Positions 1 to 8,226 of a stretch of DNA of 24,948 bases are shown piece after piece (the first letter of the stretch is position 1; each line of letters starts with the position of its first letter). The notes under the pieces were generated by a model. It was given only the letters and a program-made list of their open reading frames with translations. It was not told where the DNA came from and did not search any database. This stretch comes from a virus (lineage: Duplodnaviria; Caudoviricetes). The position numbers and the translations under genes were made by a program. The stretch lies in IMG/VR virus record IMGVR_UViG_3300044795_000044, positions 1-24,948 of that record; one strand, given 5' to 3'.

Positions 1-291
1 GTCTCGCCGTCATCGGTCGAGCGCACGATGATTGCGGGACAAGATCGCGTTCATGGTTATCAGGAATTGCCGCGCGTTCCCTACATCGAAGGCGACATCT
101 CGACGATGCCTGATCTCGATCTGGAAGAGATGGAAGCTCAAGTCGACAACACGGTCGTTGCTCAACTTGCAAACGGCTACCAGTACACCTTGGTGGGTGC
201 AACGTGTCGTGCCGGCTTTGAAGCAAACACCAGAGACGGTCAAGTCCGCGTGCGCTGGGAAGGACTCTGGTGCGAAGAGATTAGATTGTAA
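1..291 (+). CDS. Mu-like phage tail tube protein (5' truncated by the window edge)
   Basis: Frame is open from base 1 (VSPSSVERTMIAGQDRVHGYQELPRVPYIEGDIS...VVAQLANGYQYTL...VRVRWEG). The ER..AGQD.VHGY.E.P..P.IE and A.LANG..Y.L patterns match Mu gpM-type tail tubes as I recall them. It lies just upstream of the chaperone and tape measure genes. TAA at 289-291. Confidence 0.8.
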   Translation, partial: VSPSSVERTMIAGQDRVHGYQELPRVPYIEGDISTMPDLDLEEMEAQVDNTVVAQLANGYQYTLVGATCRAGFEANTRDGQVRVRWEGLWCEEIRL

Positions 292-438
292 ATGTATCTG
301 CCCTGCACCTGCCATCCGCTGGACAATCCGCCAAGCCCTTGCGCGCGTCGTTATGCTCTCAACGACTGCATTGAATATGCACGGCAAAATAGTTGGCGCT
401 CTTGGCGTTGGCTTATCTGGAATTGGCGTAGACGATAA
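292..438 (+). CDS. Small 48-aa hypothetical protein, Cys/His-rich N-half and Trp/Arg-rich C-terminus
   Basis: ATG at 292 directly after the tube stop, TAA at 436-438 just before the next RBS. It fills the gap between the two genes. Translation: MYLPCTCHPLDNPPSPCARRYALNDCIEYARQNSWRSWRWLIWNWRRR. Below the ORF-track cutoff. Confidence 0.55.
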   Translation: MYLPCTCHPLDNPPSPCARRYALNDCIEYARQNSWRSWRWLIWNWRRR

Positions 439-444
439 AGGAGT
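437..444 (+). promoter_or_regulatory. Shine-Dalgarno sequence (AAAGGAGT) for the tail assembly chaperone
   Basis: taAAGGAGtgaaacATG, with ATG at 450. Confidence 0.75.
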
Positions 445-449
445 GAAAC

Positions 450-857
450 ATGGCGACACGACCAAAAGAAGGTTTCGTGGCTGAGGCCGACGAGCCGATT
501 GTAGAGGATACTGCTGTTGTTGATATGGCGACTGGAGCGCCAGTCGAGCAACCGCCGGCAGATGTTTGGCCAGTCAAAGTGCGATTGCTGCATCGCCCGA
601 TTAGAGATAATAGAGGCAATGAAGTGAAAGAGTTGACGTTCCGTGAACCGACCGGTGCGGATATTAATCGTTATGGCAATCCTGTACGTGTCAATCAAGA
701 CGGCGACATTCTTATCGATGAGCGCAAGATGTATTTTATGATGTCGGCGCTGAGTGGTATTTTGACGCCGATGCTGGAAAAGATGGATACGCGGGATTGG
801 AACAGCTGCGCGTATCGGTTACGCGGTTTTTTTCTTCCCGAACCTTCAGCTTGGTAG
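450..857 (+). CDS. Tail assembly chaperone (Mu gp41 / P2 gpE-like)
   Basis: 135 aa with a strong RBS. VKVRLLHRPI...VKELTFREPTGADI and LEKMDTRDW...GFF resemble the gp41/gpE chaperone pattern. It sits between the tube and tape measure genes. Confidence 0.85.
   Translation: MATRPKEGFVAEADEPIVEDTAVVDMATGAPVEQPPADVWPVKVRLLHRPIRDNRGNEVKELTFREPTGADINRYGNPVRVNQDGDILIDERKMYFMMSALSGILTPMLEKMDTRDWNSCAYRLRGFFLPEPSAW
825..834 (+). other. Predicted -1 programmed ribosomal frameshift site (GGT TTT TTT C, T7 run at 827-833)
   Basis: A run of seven T near the chaperone 3' end, with the -1 frame open to TGA at 1016-1018. Equivalent to the lambda G/GT and P2 E/E' frameshift. Confidence 0.75.
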
Positions 858-1018
858 AGAGCGATCTCGTTCTGGATTGCTATCGACTGGCTCGTTGGTA
901 CCATCAATCTCCCCTGCATTTTCTCGACATGCCGTTATCCGAAGTGCGCATGCATATGCGTCGCACGGCGGAGCTTTCACGCATTATGAAACAAGCCGCA
1001 GAAGAGCGTGACGACTGA
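828..1018 (+). CDS. Frameshift extension of the tail assembly chaperone (gpE'/gpT-like); full product 450..1018, about 189 aa
   Basis: The -1 frame reads FSSRTFSLVESDLVLDCYRLARWYHQSPLHFLDMPLSEVRMHMRRTAELSRIMKQAAEERDD. LA.WYH.SP..F..MPL.E resembles P2 gpE'. No convincing independent start. Its stop overlaps the TMP1 ATG (TGATG). Confidence 0.7.
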
Positions 1019-4000
1019 TGGCTGATTTTGAAGAACTCAGATTGCGCGTTGTTGTCAGCGACGAAGCGTCTGGGCAGCTGGTCAACATTCGGCGATTGAT
1101 CGATACGTTGGGCGCGGGTGCGTCCGCGGCTGGCTTCGATCGGCTGAAGCAACAGACGCGCGATATGACGATGCTGATGCGGCCGCTGGCGCAAGGCCAG
1201 CTTGGTGTGCGTCAGGGCTTCATGTTGATGTCGCGGCAATATGCGGAAACTGGTGCCATTGTTGCCGCGACTGGCTACGCCTTCCTCAACCAGATGAGCC
1301 GGCTGAAAGCGTTTTCCGACGAACTCACAGCAATTGCAGCGCAAGCACGAGGACTGGGACTGGCACCGGAGCAATTTGATAACGCCAGAAAGCAACTGGA
1401 GAGGATGGGACTATCGGGTCAGCAGGCGACAGGATTCATTGCGGGCTTTACGCGATCAGTAGCCGACTTGGGCCGCGAGGGTAGCCGACTGGAAGTCCAG
1501 TTGATGCAATCGACCACTGATCCGGACGCGATGCGGCGCTGGATCACGCGGATAACCGGCTTTGCCAATCAGGGCGATATCGAGGAGGCGATCAACGAAT
1601 TTGTCGATGGCGTCAATACCGCATTTGAAAACGAATTGCAGCGCACTGGCTCGCGCGTCATGGCGGCGGATTTAGCGGCGCATTTGATGAAAGGTTTTAA
1701 TGTTGATGAAGCGTCGTTTGCTAAAATTTCTGATCGCTTGACGGCATTGTCGGATGAAGAGCGTACGCAATTTCAGCGGCGACTTGCTGCGGCCGAGCAG
1801 TACAATAAACAATATCAGCAACTCTATCGTGGCCTGCAAACATTCTGGCAGAGCGCGGCCGTCGAGGTCATGTCGCAGATGACCGGAATTATGGAAGGCA
1901 TCACTGTCAGTCAGGGCGGCTCAGAAAGGATGGGAAAGGCCGCAGGAGACGCGATCGGCGGCGTCGTCAATGACATGAGTGGTCTCGGCGACGAACTCAA
2001 CATTCTCATCACGAGCTTTCAGCAGCTGAGCGAACTGTCGATGAGCGATGTGATGAAATACGTCAGCGATGCGGCGAAAGAACATTTTAATGCATGGTTA
2101 GAGCAAACTTGGTTAGGTCGAGGCCTCAACTGGCTGCGCGGTACTGGGCAAGATCAACCGCCTATTCCGAGACAGGCTGGCGGCCCAGTTATAGGCGGCC
2201 AACCGTATCTGGTTGGCGAACAAGGTCGAGAATTATTCGTGCCGGCTGGTGCCGGCAGAATTTTGCCAAGCACAGCACCGCAAGTGACTGGACTGAGATG
2301 GGGCGAAACCTCAGAGCAATCGTTTGCCAGGCGCGACAATACTGGCGCCTGGACTGATCAACGGCCACAGTCGCGTTCTTTGATCGATGAAGTGCGGCGA
2401 CTAAATCTGTATCGGCGCGGGCCGACCGTCCCGCCTGTTACCGTCGGCCCGCCGGCCGGTGCAGGCGCGGCAGAGTACGGCGGCGGTGGCGGCGCAGGCG
2501 GCGGCGGCGGCGTTGGTGTTGGCGGCGGTGCTGGTTATGCCGGCGCTCCTGGTGCCGCTGGCTACAGCGGCGCCGAATCAACGTATAGCGGCGGTCCTGG
2601 CGGCGGCCCTGATGCCGCTGGTGGTGGTCCTGGTTTCGCTGGCAGGCAACCATCATTGCAACGGCAGGCCGAAGAGACATTCGGCATGTCGTCGTTTGGC
2701 GCCAGACCAAGCGGCGTGCTCGATGAGCATAATCAAGGTTTGTTTGGCGCCGGGCCCAGCGGAGTTTTGGGCATAAAGGCACCGCAAGGTCTCGGCGGTA
2801 CGGCCGGCGGCGCCGGATCGAGCGGAATGTATGAACCGCCCGTTGCGCCGAGAGAAGCTGCGCCACGAGTGGCGCCGGGAGAGGCTGTTGCTGACGTGGC
2901 TGGCCGAGCCGGCGGTCGAGTCAGAGAGCAACAAGCAAGAGTAGCTGGAATTCGTAAGCTGCCGATCAGTACGGAATTGAAGTCGCAACTTGAATATGCC
3001 GGATTGCAAACCGGATTAGAGGCTGAGATTTTTTCTGGCGGCCAAGCGAAGAAAGGAACGCAAGGGCCGCGCACGGGCTCAACGCGGCATGATCTCGGCG
3101 GCGCGGCCGATCTGAAATTGCGCGATCCGAAAACGGGTCGGTTGCTTGACTCGCGCATCGCCGAAGATCGCAAGCGCATGCAGGATTACATCGCGGCGAC
3201 GGCACGAGCGGGCGCAACCGGTATTGGCGCCGATTACATGGGCAGCGGCGCGCATCGTTATCAAGCATTGCACATTGGCGGCGGTCCGGTCAGTACGTGG
3301 GGCGGTGGCAAAGGATGGACTGCGCAAGCATTGTCGCGTGGTCGTGCCAGTCCATTGTCGCGCGAACAGCGTGCCGAATTAATGAAGGGAGTTGTTTCAG
3401 GCACTGCAACGTCTGTTGCCGAACAAGAACAGGTCAGGGGTGCTGCTGAAGTCGATGCCACTTCTGCACCAGCGCAGCAGGCTCCGGTGCAAAGCTCAGC
3501 TGCAGCTGCGGCGCCGAGCGATTGGGGCGGCGGCTTGTCGCGTTCCGACAAAAGGATTCCTGCAGCGATCCGCTATGCCAATCCAGGGGCACAGTATCCA
3601 AGCAAGCGTGCGACTGAATTATACGGCTCGACCGATACCGGGATCATTGGTGGCGGGCATAAGATTGCCGGCTTCCCGACGCCCGTGCATGGCATGGCGG
3701 CGAATATCGACAATCTGGAGCAAAAATACGTCGGCATGACGATGTCGTCGGCGATCAAAAAATGGAGCGGCGGCGGCCGATCGAAAGTTCCTGGTTGGTC
3801 AGACAATACGATCATCACCAAAGAACATTTGAAAGACCCGAAATTCATTCAACCATTTTTTAGTGAAATGCAGAAAGCGGAAGCTGGTAAGGAATGGATG
3901 ACGAAAGAGCAGATGCGTGCTGCTCATGGAATGTATCTAGCCGGCGGCTCCAAACAGTATGAAGCGCAGCGCAATGTCGGCGCGCAAGCAGTGGCGCAAG

Positions 4001-4935
4001 GCGGGGCCGAAGGGCAGCAGCAGGGTCAGACGCCAGGTCAGGCGGAAGGGACGCAGCCGCAAGAAATGCGCGAGGCGCGGCTGGGAATAGACGATACGCG
4101 GCCTGGCGCCTATCGCGATATTTCCGAAACCCAGAGATTGCCGGTCGGCGGCAAGATGGACAAGCCGCAAGGATTGCTGATTCATCATACCGCTGGATTC
4201 GAAAAGAATGCCGAACGCGTTGGCGACGTGCTGAGAAACCGCAAGCTCTCCGTGCAATACGTTATCGATCGCGATGGCGATATTGTTCAAATGACGCCGG
4301 AAGGGCGCACGGCATTTCATGCCGGCAAGCTTGAGAAAAGCCAAAAAGTAACGGGCAGGCAATTAGGTAATACCAGTCTTGAAGGCGTGGAAGTCATTGC
4401 CCGTGGCGAGAAGGATGTCACTCCACAGCAGCGTTCGGCGATCGCGCGGCTCGTCAGGGATCGATCTGAACGTTGGGGATATGATCCAAAGACTAGCGTT
4501 TGGGGCCACGGTGAGTTGACCGGCCGCAAGGAAAGAGAAGAGGGCGCCACCGCGCGGTTGATCCGTGAAGGCAAACTGAAATTGCCGGAAAAGGAAGACA
4601 AGACATTAGCTCAGAAAGCGGATCGCGACGAGGACCCGACTGAAAAGGCTGATCGCGATGAGGTCGATCGTTCTGCCGGCGCTGAAGCTAAAAAAGGCAC
4701 CACTGATGTGAAGAGTGTGGCCACGTTCAAAGTGAAGGTGAAGGCGCCGGCCGGTACTAAAGTGACTGCCGAAGCCGATAAGACATTTAAAAAGACCGAA
4801 GTTGAGCGCGAGACCAAGCCAGAAAAGAAGCCGGAAACCAAGGCAGAGCAGAAGCCAGAGAAAAAAGAAGACGTCAAAGCCGAAGCGACCAAAGAGGTCA
4901 AAGAAGAAAAAGCAGAAACCAAAGAGGCCGCATAA
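1018..4935 (+). CDS. Tape-measure-like protein 1 (1305 aa) with M15-like peptidase, lysozyme-like and Amidase_2 cargo domains
   Basis: Canonical TMP position after the frameshifting chaperone. Helical N-terminus (ELRLRVVVSDEASGQL), RQAGGPVIGGQPYLVGEQGRELFVP motif typical of TMPs, Gly-rich linker. Cargo motifs: RHDLGGAADLKL...ALHIG; RYANPGAQ...FPTPVHG..A...AIKKWS; LLIHHTAG...SVQYVIDRDGDIVQ...AFHAG...GVEV...QQ...VWGHGE. Lys/Glu-rich tail. Confidence 0.8.
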   Translation: MADFEELRLRVVVSDEASGQLVNIRRLIDTLGAGASAAGFDRLKQQTRDMTMLMRPLAQGQLGVRQGFMLMSRQYAETGAIVAATGYAFLNQMSRLKAFSDELTAIAAQARGLGLAPEQFDNARKQLERMGLSGQQATGFIAGFTRSVADLGREGSRLEVQLMQSTTDPDAMRRWITRITGFANQGDIEEAINEFVDGVNTAFENELQRTGSRVMAADLAAHLMKGFNVDEASFAKISDRLTALSDEERTQFQRRLAAAEQYNKQYQQLYRGLQTFWQSAAVEVMSQMTGIMEGITVSQGGSERMGKAAGDAIGGVVNDMSGLGDELNILITSFQQLSELSMSDVMKYVSDAAKEHFNAWLEQTWLGRGLNWLRGTGQDQPPIPRQAGGPVIGGQPYLVGEQGRELFVPAGAGRILPSTAPQVTGLRWGETSEQSFARRDNTGAWTDQRPQSRSLIDEVRRLNLYRRGPTVPPVTVGPPAGAGAAEYGGGGGAGGGGGVGVGGGAGYAGAPGAAGYSGAESTYSGGPGGGPDAAGGGPGFAGRQPSLQRQAEETFGMSSFGARPSGVLDEHNQGLFGAGPSGVLGIKAPQGLGGTAGGAGSSGMYEPPVAPREAAPRVAPGEAVADVAGRAGGRVREQQARVAGIRKLPISTELKSQLEYAGLQTGLEAEIFSGGQAKKGTQGPRTGSTRHDLGGAADLKLRDPKTGRLLDSRIAEDRKRMQDYIAATARAGATGIGADYMGSGAHRYQALHIGGGPVSTWGGGKGWTAQALSRGRASPLSREQRAELMKGVVSGTATSVAEQEQVRGAAEVDATSAPAQQAPVQSSAAAAAPSDWGGGLSRSDKRIPAAIRYANPGAQYPSKRATELYGSTDTGIIGGGHKIAGFPTPVHGMAANIDNLEQKYVGMTMSSAIKKWSGGGRSKVPGWSDNTIITKEHLKDPKFIQPFFSEMQKAEAGKEWMTKEQMRAAHGMYLAGGSKQYEAQRNVGAQAVAQGGAEGQQQGQTPGQAEGTQPQEMREARLGIDDTRPGAYRDISETQRLPVGGKMDKPQGLLIHHTAGFEKNAERVGDVLRNRKLSVQYVIDRDGDIVQMTPEGRTAFHAGKLEKSQKVTGRQLGNTSLEGVEVIARGEKDVTPQQRSAIARLVRDRSERWGYDPKTSVWGHGELTGRKEREEGATARLIREGKLKLPEKEDKTLAQKADRDEDPTEKADRDEVDRSAGAEAKKGTTDVKSVATFKVKVKAPAGTKVTAEADKTFKKTEVERETKPEKKPETKAEQKPEKKEDVKAEATKEVKEEKAETKEAA

Positions 4936-7900
4936 ATGGCGGACCGCGAAGAACTTGCACTGAGCGTCACATTAGACGATCGGGCGAGTACACAGATCGC
5001 CGCGATCCGCCGGCAGCTGTATCAACTCGGTGGTGGCGGTGGCGCTACTAATGTTCTACGGCGACAGACGCAAGAATTAACGATGCTAATGCGGCCGCTG
5101 GCGCAAGGTACGCTCAGCGTGCGCAACGCGCTTAATCTCGCCGGGCAGCAATACGGCACGACCGCAGTTGTCGGCGCCGCGCTGGGATATGCCTTCTATA
5201 ATCAAATGAGCCAGTTCAAAACATTCTCCGATGAAATTACCGAAATGACGACGCAAGCGTCTGCGCTCGGCCTCAGTGGCGCGCAATATCAAAATATTCA
5301 GCGCCAACTGGAAAACATGGGCGTCAGTTCGCAGTCGGCGCAAAGCTTTATTGCGAATTTCACGCGTTCGATCGCCGACATGTCGCGCGAAGGCAGTGAG
5401 TTGCGGCAACGTTTATGGAGCATGACTAGCGATCCTGAGGGAATGACCCGATGGATGCAGCGCATGACCGGATACGCTCAGCGCGGCGAATTAGAAGAGG
5501 CGATGAATGAATTTTTCGATGGCGTGAATAGAGCATTCGAGGCCGAGTTGGCGCGCACTGGCTCGCGCGTGATGGCGGCTGACCTCGCCAGCAATTTGAT
5601 GCGGCAGTTCAACGTCAGTGATGACACGTTTGTGCGAATGTCGGGCCGCTTGACGGCGATGACGCACGAGGAAAAAGATCGCTTTGAACGACGGCAGCGC
5701 GTCGCTACGGAGTACAATCGGCAATTCATTCGCCTGCGACAGGAGTACGAGAATTTCCAACGCGGCTTACAGACCGCATTGCTTGGACCGTTTACCGCAA
5801 TCAATAAGTTTTTTGGCGACAACACATCGAAGGCACGTGATTGGGGCGCGGCCGTTGGCCGAGATTTAAGTGGCGTTGTGCGTGACGTCACGGGAATGCT
5901 TCGTCAGGTCAAGGGCCTGATACAGTGGTTTAAAAGTTTACAAGACAAGACTGCTGCTGAGGCGGCACAAGAAGCCGGCGAAGCAATCCGTGCCGAAGCG
6001 TCGGAAATATTTAAAGGCGAAGGCGGCGAACCGGCGAGCGGCTTGCAGGATTGGTTGCGCGGCCGCGGTCAAGCACTCGGTCGCGCGCTCGGCAATGCCG
6101 GGACCGGAATTCGGCAACTGATGACCGGTCAAGATTTGACACTGCCGGAAGGTCGACAGGCAGGCGGGCCAGTCAGTGGTGGCCAGCCCTACGTGGTCGG
6201 CGAGCGCGGACCAGAATTATTCGTACCTCAGGGCGCCGGCACGATTCTGCCGAATACGACTGCGATGTCGCCTGGACTGGCGCGCCTCGCGGCTACTGAT
6301 CGAATTGAGCAACAGCGCAGCACCGAAACACGACGTGACCAAACCACGCAAACAACCAGCGTCAATGATGAACTGATTAGATTGAATACTTTTTTGCGCA
6401 AAGAGCGCGCTGACGAAGGGTCGGCACCAAAAGGCAGTTATTTAAAGCGACTATTGGGAATTGCAGATGGCGCTCCAGGGGCCGGCGGTGGGGCTGGTGG
6501 TGTCGGTGGTGGCGGCGGATATGGCGGCAGCGGCGTTGGCGGTGGCTATCCTGCCGAACGTAGTTACGGCAGTCCGCCGAGTTATGCTGGTGGGGGCTCT
6601 ACGGGCGGCGGCGGCGCGACTGGTACTTATAGCGGTACGCCCTATGGCAGTGATGTCGGCGCCGGGACAGGCGAAGGCGCTGGCGAGACCATTCCGCAGG
6701 GTCGCGGCAAAGGTGAAATGCGATTGCGCACTCACGCCGCGCAGAAGGGAGTTAATCCGCAACTCGTTTCCATGATTCAGGAAGCGAGCAAATCATTGCC
6801 GCCTGGTTATTACGCTCAGATTGAATCAGGTCGCCGCAGCAATAATCCGCGATCGCGACACTTTACCGGCAACGCTGCCGACGTTCGCATCTATGGTCCG
6901 GACGGTAAGAAGGTTGGTGGAGAAACCGGCTGGTATCAAAATCCAAAGACGTTCCGATTGTACGAGCAGTTCGCTCAGGAGGTGAAGAAAGTTCAAAACG
7001 AAATGCAGCCGAATAACCCGGTGACGTGGGGCGGCTATTTTTCGATGCGCGGCAAGCACTACGCCGACAGCATGCATTTCTCGGTCGGCGGCGAGCAAAT
7101 GGGCGGCGGCGGTTGGCAGACCGGAGCGACCGGCGATCTGCGGCGATGGCTGGAGCGCGGCGGCGGCACGTCAGTCGGCTTTGCCGGCGGCAGCAAAGGC
7201 TTTGGCGACGAAAGAGATCAAACAGTTCCGCCCGTGCCTGAGCCGGGTCCGAGTGGCGCTCCGGAAGCAGCGCGTGGCAACCAAATGGCGCCATCGACGC
7301 CGTCGCCTAATAAGCCAGCGGATCAAACCGCCCCTGCCGGCCAGACGACACCTCCTGCGGCCAGTGCCGGCACGAGCAGCAGCACGGCTGGCGGTCTTTC
7401 TGGTCTTGCTAGGCAACGCCAAGGCTTTGGTGCGGAGGTGCGAGGCAATCCAGCCCTGCGTGAGCGCTGGGCGGCGCTGATGCTCGCTGAGAATGCCGGC
7501 TCGCCGCAGAGTGTTGGCGAAACAATGGTTAACCGCGCGTCAGCTTGGGACACATCGCTGGCAACACAGATTGATCCAAATGTCGGGACCAAAGGATCGG
7601 TCAAATGGAATCGTGGTTATTCAGCACGAGGCTATTACGAGCCCTATCAGACAAACGCTTATGACAAGGCGCTGAGGAGATTGCGTGGCGATCCGTCCTT
7701 GCGGTCAAAAATTTATCAGCAACAGGAAGGCATTCTTTCCGGATCAAACGTTACGAATCTCGCAACGCATAATGCTTCTGCCGGCGTAGCGGCGCGGGCA
7801 CGCAAGGATCAGACCGTCGCTTCAGTAATAACTGGCGAAACTTACACGCGCAAAGATATTCCCGGCACCAGGCACGGCGCTGGCGTCATCAACCGCGAGC

Positions 7901-8223
7901 GCGGCTGGCATCAGAGAACATTGGCGGATATGCGCAGCGGCAACAAAGCCGACGAATCGAAAGTTGCCGCGAGAGAAGATAAACCCGATGAAGGCGGCGG
8001 CGATGATGAAAAGGCGCGCGATGAGATGGATAAGTCGCTCGCCGCTGACGCAACCAAAGCGAAGCCGATAGTGACGGTAAAAGTTAACGTCAAGGCATCG
8101 GCCGACACCAAGGTTAAAGCCGAAGGTACCGGCTCTGTGAAGACTGAAACGGAAAAGAGTACGAAGCCGGAAGGCTCAAACGAGAAAAAGAAAGAAGACG
8201 TGAAAGAAGAAGCGGCGGCTTAA
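4936..8223 (+). CDS. Tape-measure-like protein 2 (1095 aa), paralog of TMP1, with M15-like peptidase and putative SleB/Hydrolase_2-like domain
   Basis: N-terminal ~330 aa aligns by eye with TMP1 (EELALSVTLDDRAS, LMRPLAQG, GYAFYNQM, SDPEGM.RW, RTGSRVMAADLA). RQAGGPVSGGQPYVVGERGPELFVP motif. GVNPQL...IESGRR...SRHFTGNAADV...WGG...DSMHF. LMLAENAG...VGETMVNRA...YYEP. GAGG upstream of the ATG. Confidence 0.8.
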   Translation: MADREELALSVTLDDRASTQIAAIRRQLYQLGGGGGATNVLRRQTQELTMLMRPLAQGTLSVRNALNLAGQQYGTTAVVGAALGYAFYNQMSQFKTFSDEITEMTTQASALGLSGAQYQNIQRQLENMGVSSQSAQSFIANFTRSIADMSREGSELRQRLWSMTSDPEGMTRWMQRMTGYAQRGELEEAMNEFFDGVNRAFEAELARTGSRVMAADLASNLMRQFNVSDDTFVRMSGRLTAMTHEEKDRFERRQRVATEYNRQFIRLRQEYENFQRGLQTALLGPFTAINKFFGDNTSKARDWGAAVGRDLSGVVRDVTGMLRQVKGLIQWFKSLQDKTAAEAAQEAGEAIRAEASEIFKGEGGEPASGLQDWLRGRGQALGRALGNAGTGIRQLMTGQDLTLPEGRQAGGPVSGGQPYVVGERGPELFVPQGAGTILPNTTAMSPGLARLAATDRIEQQRSTETRRDQTTQTTSVNDELIRLNTFLRKERADEGSAPKGSYLKRLLGIADGAPGAGGGAGGVGGGGGYGGSGVGGGYPAERSYGSPPSYAGGGSTGGGGATGTYSGTPYGSDVGAGTGEGAGETIPQGRGKGEMRLRTHAAQKGVNPQLVSMIQEASKSLPPGYYAQIESGRRSNNPRSRHFTGNAADVRIYGPDGKKVGGETGWYQNPKTFRLYEQFAQEVKKVQNEMQPNNPVTWGGYFSMRGKHYADSMHFSVGGEQMGGGGWQTGATGDLRRWLERGGGTSVGFAGGSKGFGDERDQTVPPVPEPGPSGAPEAARGNQMAPSTPSPNKPADQTAPAGQTTPPAASAGTSSSTAGGLSGLARQRQGFGAEVRGNPALRERWAALMLAENAGSPQSVGETMVNRASAWDTSLATQIDPNVGTKGSVKWNRGYSARGYYEPYQTNAYDKALRRLRGDPSLRSKIYQQQEGILSGSNVTNLATHNASAGVAARARKDQTVASVITGETYTRKDIPGTRHGAGVINRERGWHQRTLADMRSGNKADESKVAAREDKPDEGGGDDEKARDEMDKSLAADATKAKPIVTVKVNVKASADTKVKAEGTGSVKTETEKSTKPEGSNEKKKEDVKEEAAA

Positions 8224-8226
8224 TCA

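Noticed and set aside
4150-4580. Amidase domain as a stand-alone endolysin or lysis cassette
   Set aside because: It is in frame within TMP1, with no stop before it, and no holin or spanin genes are adjacent.
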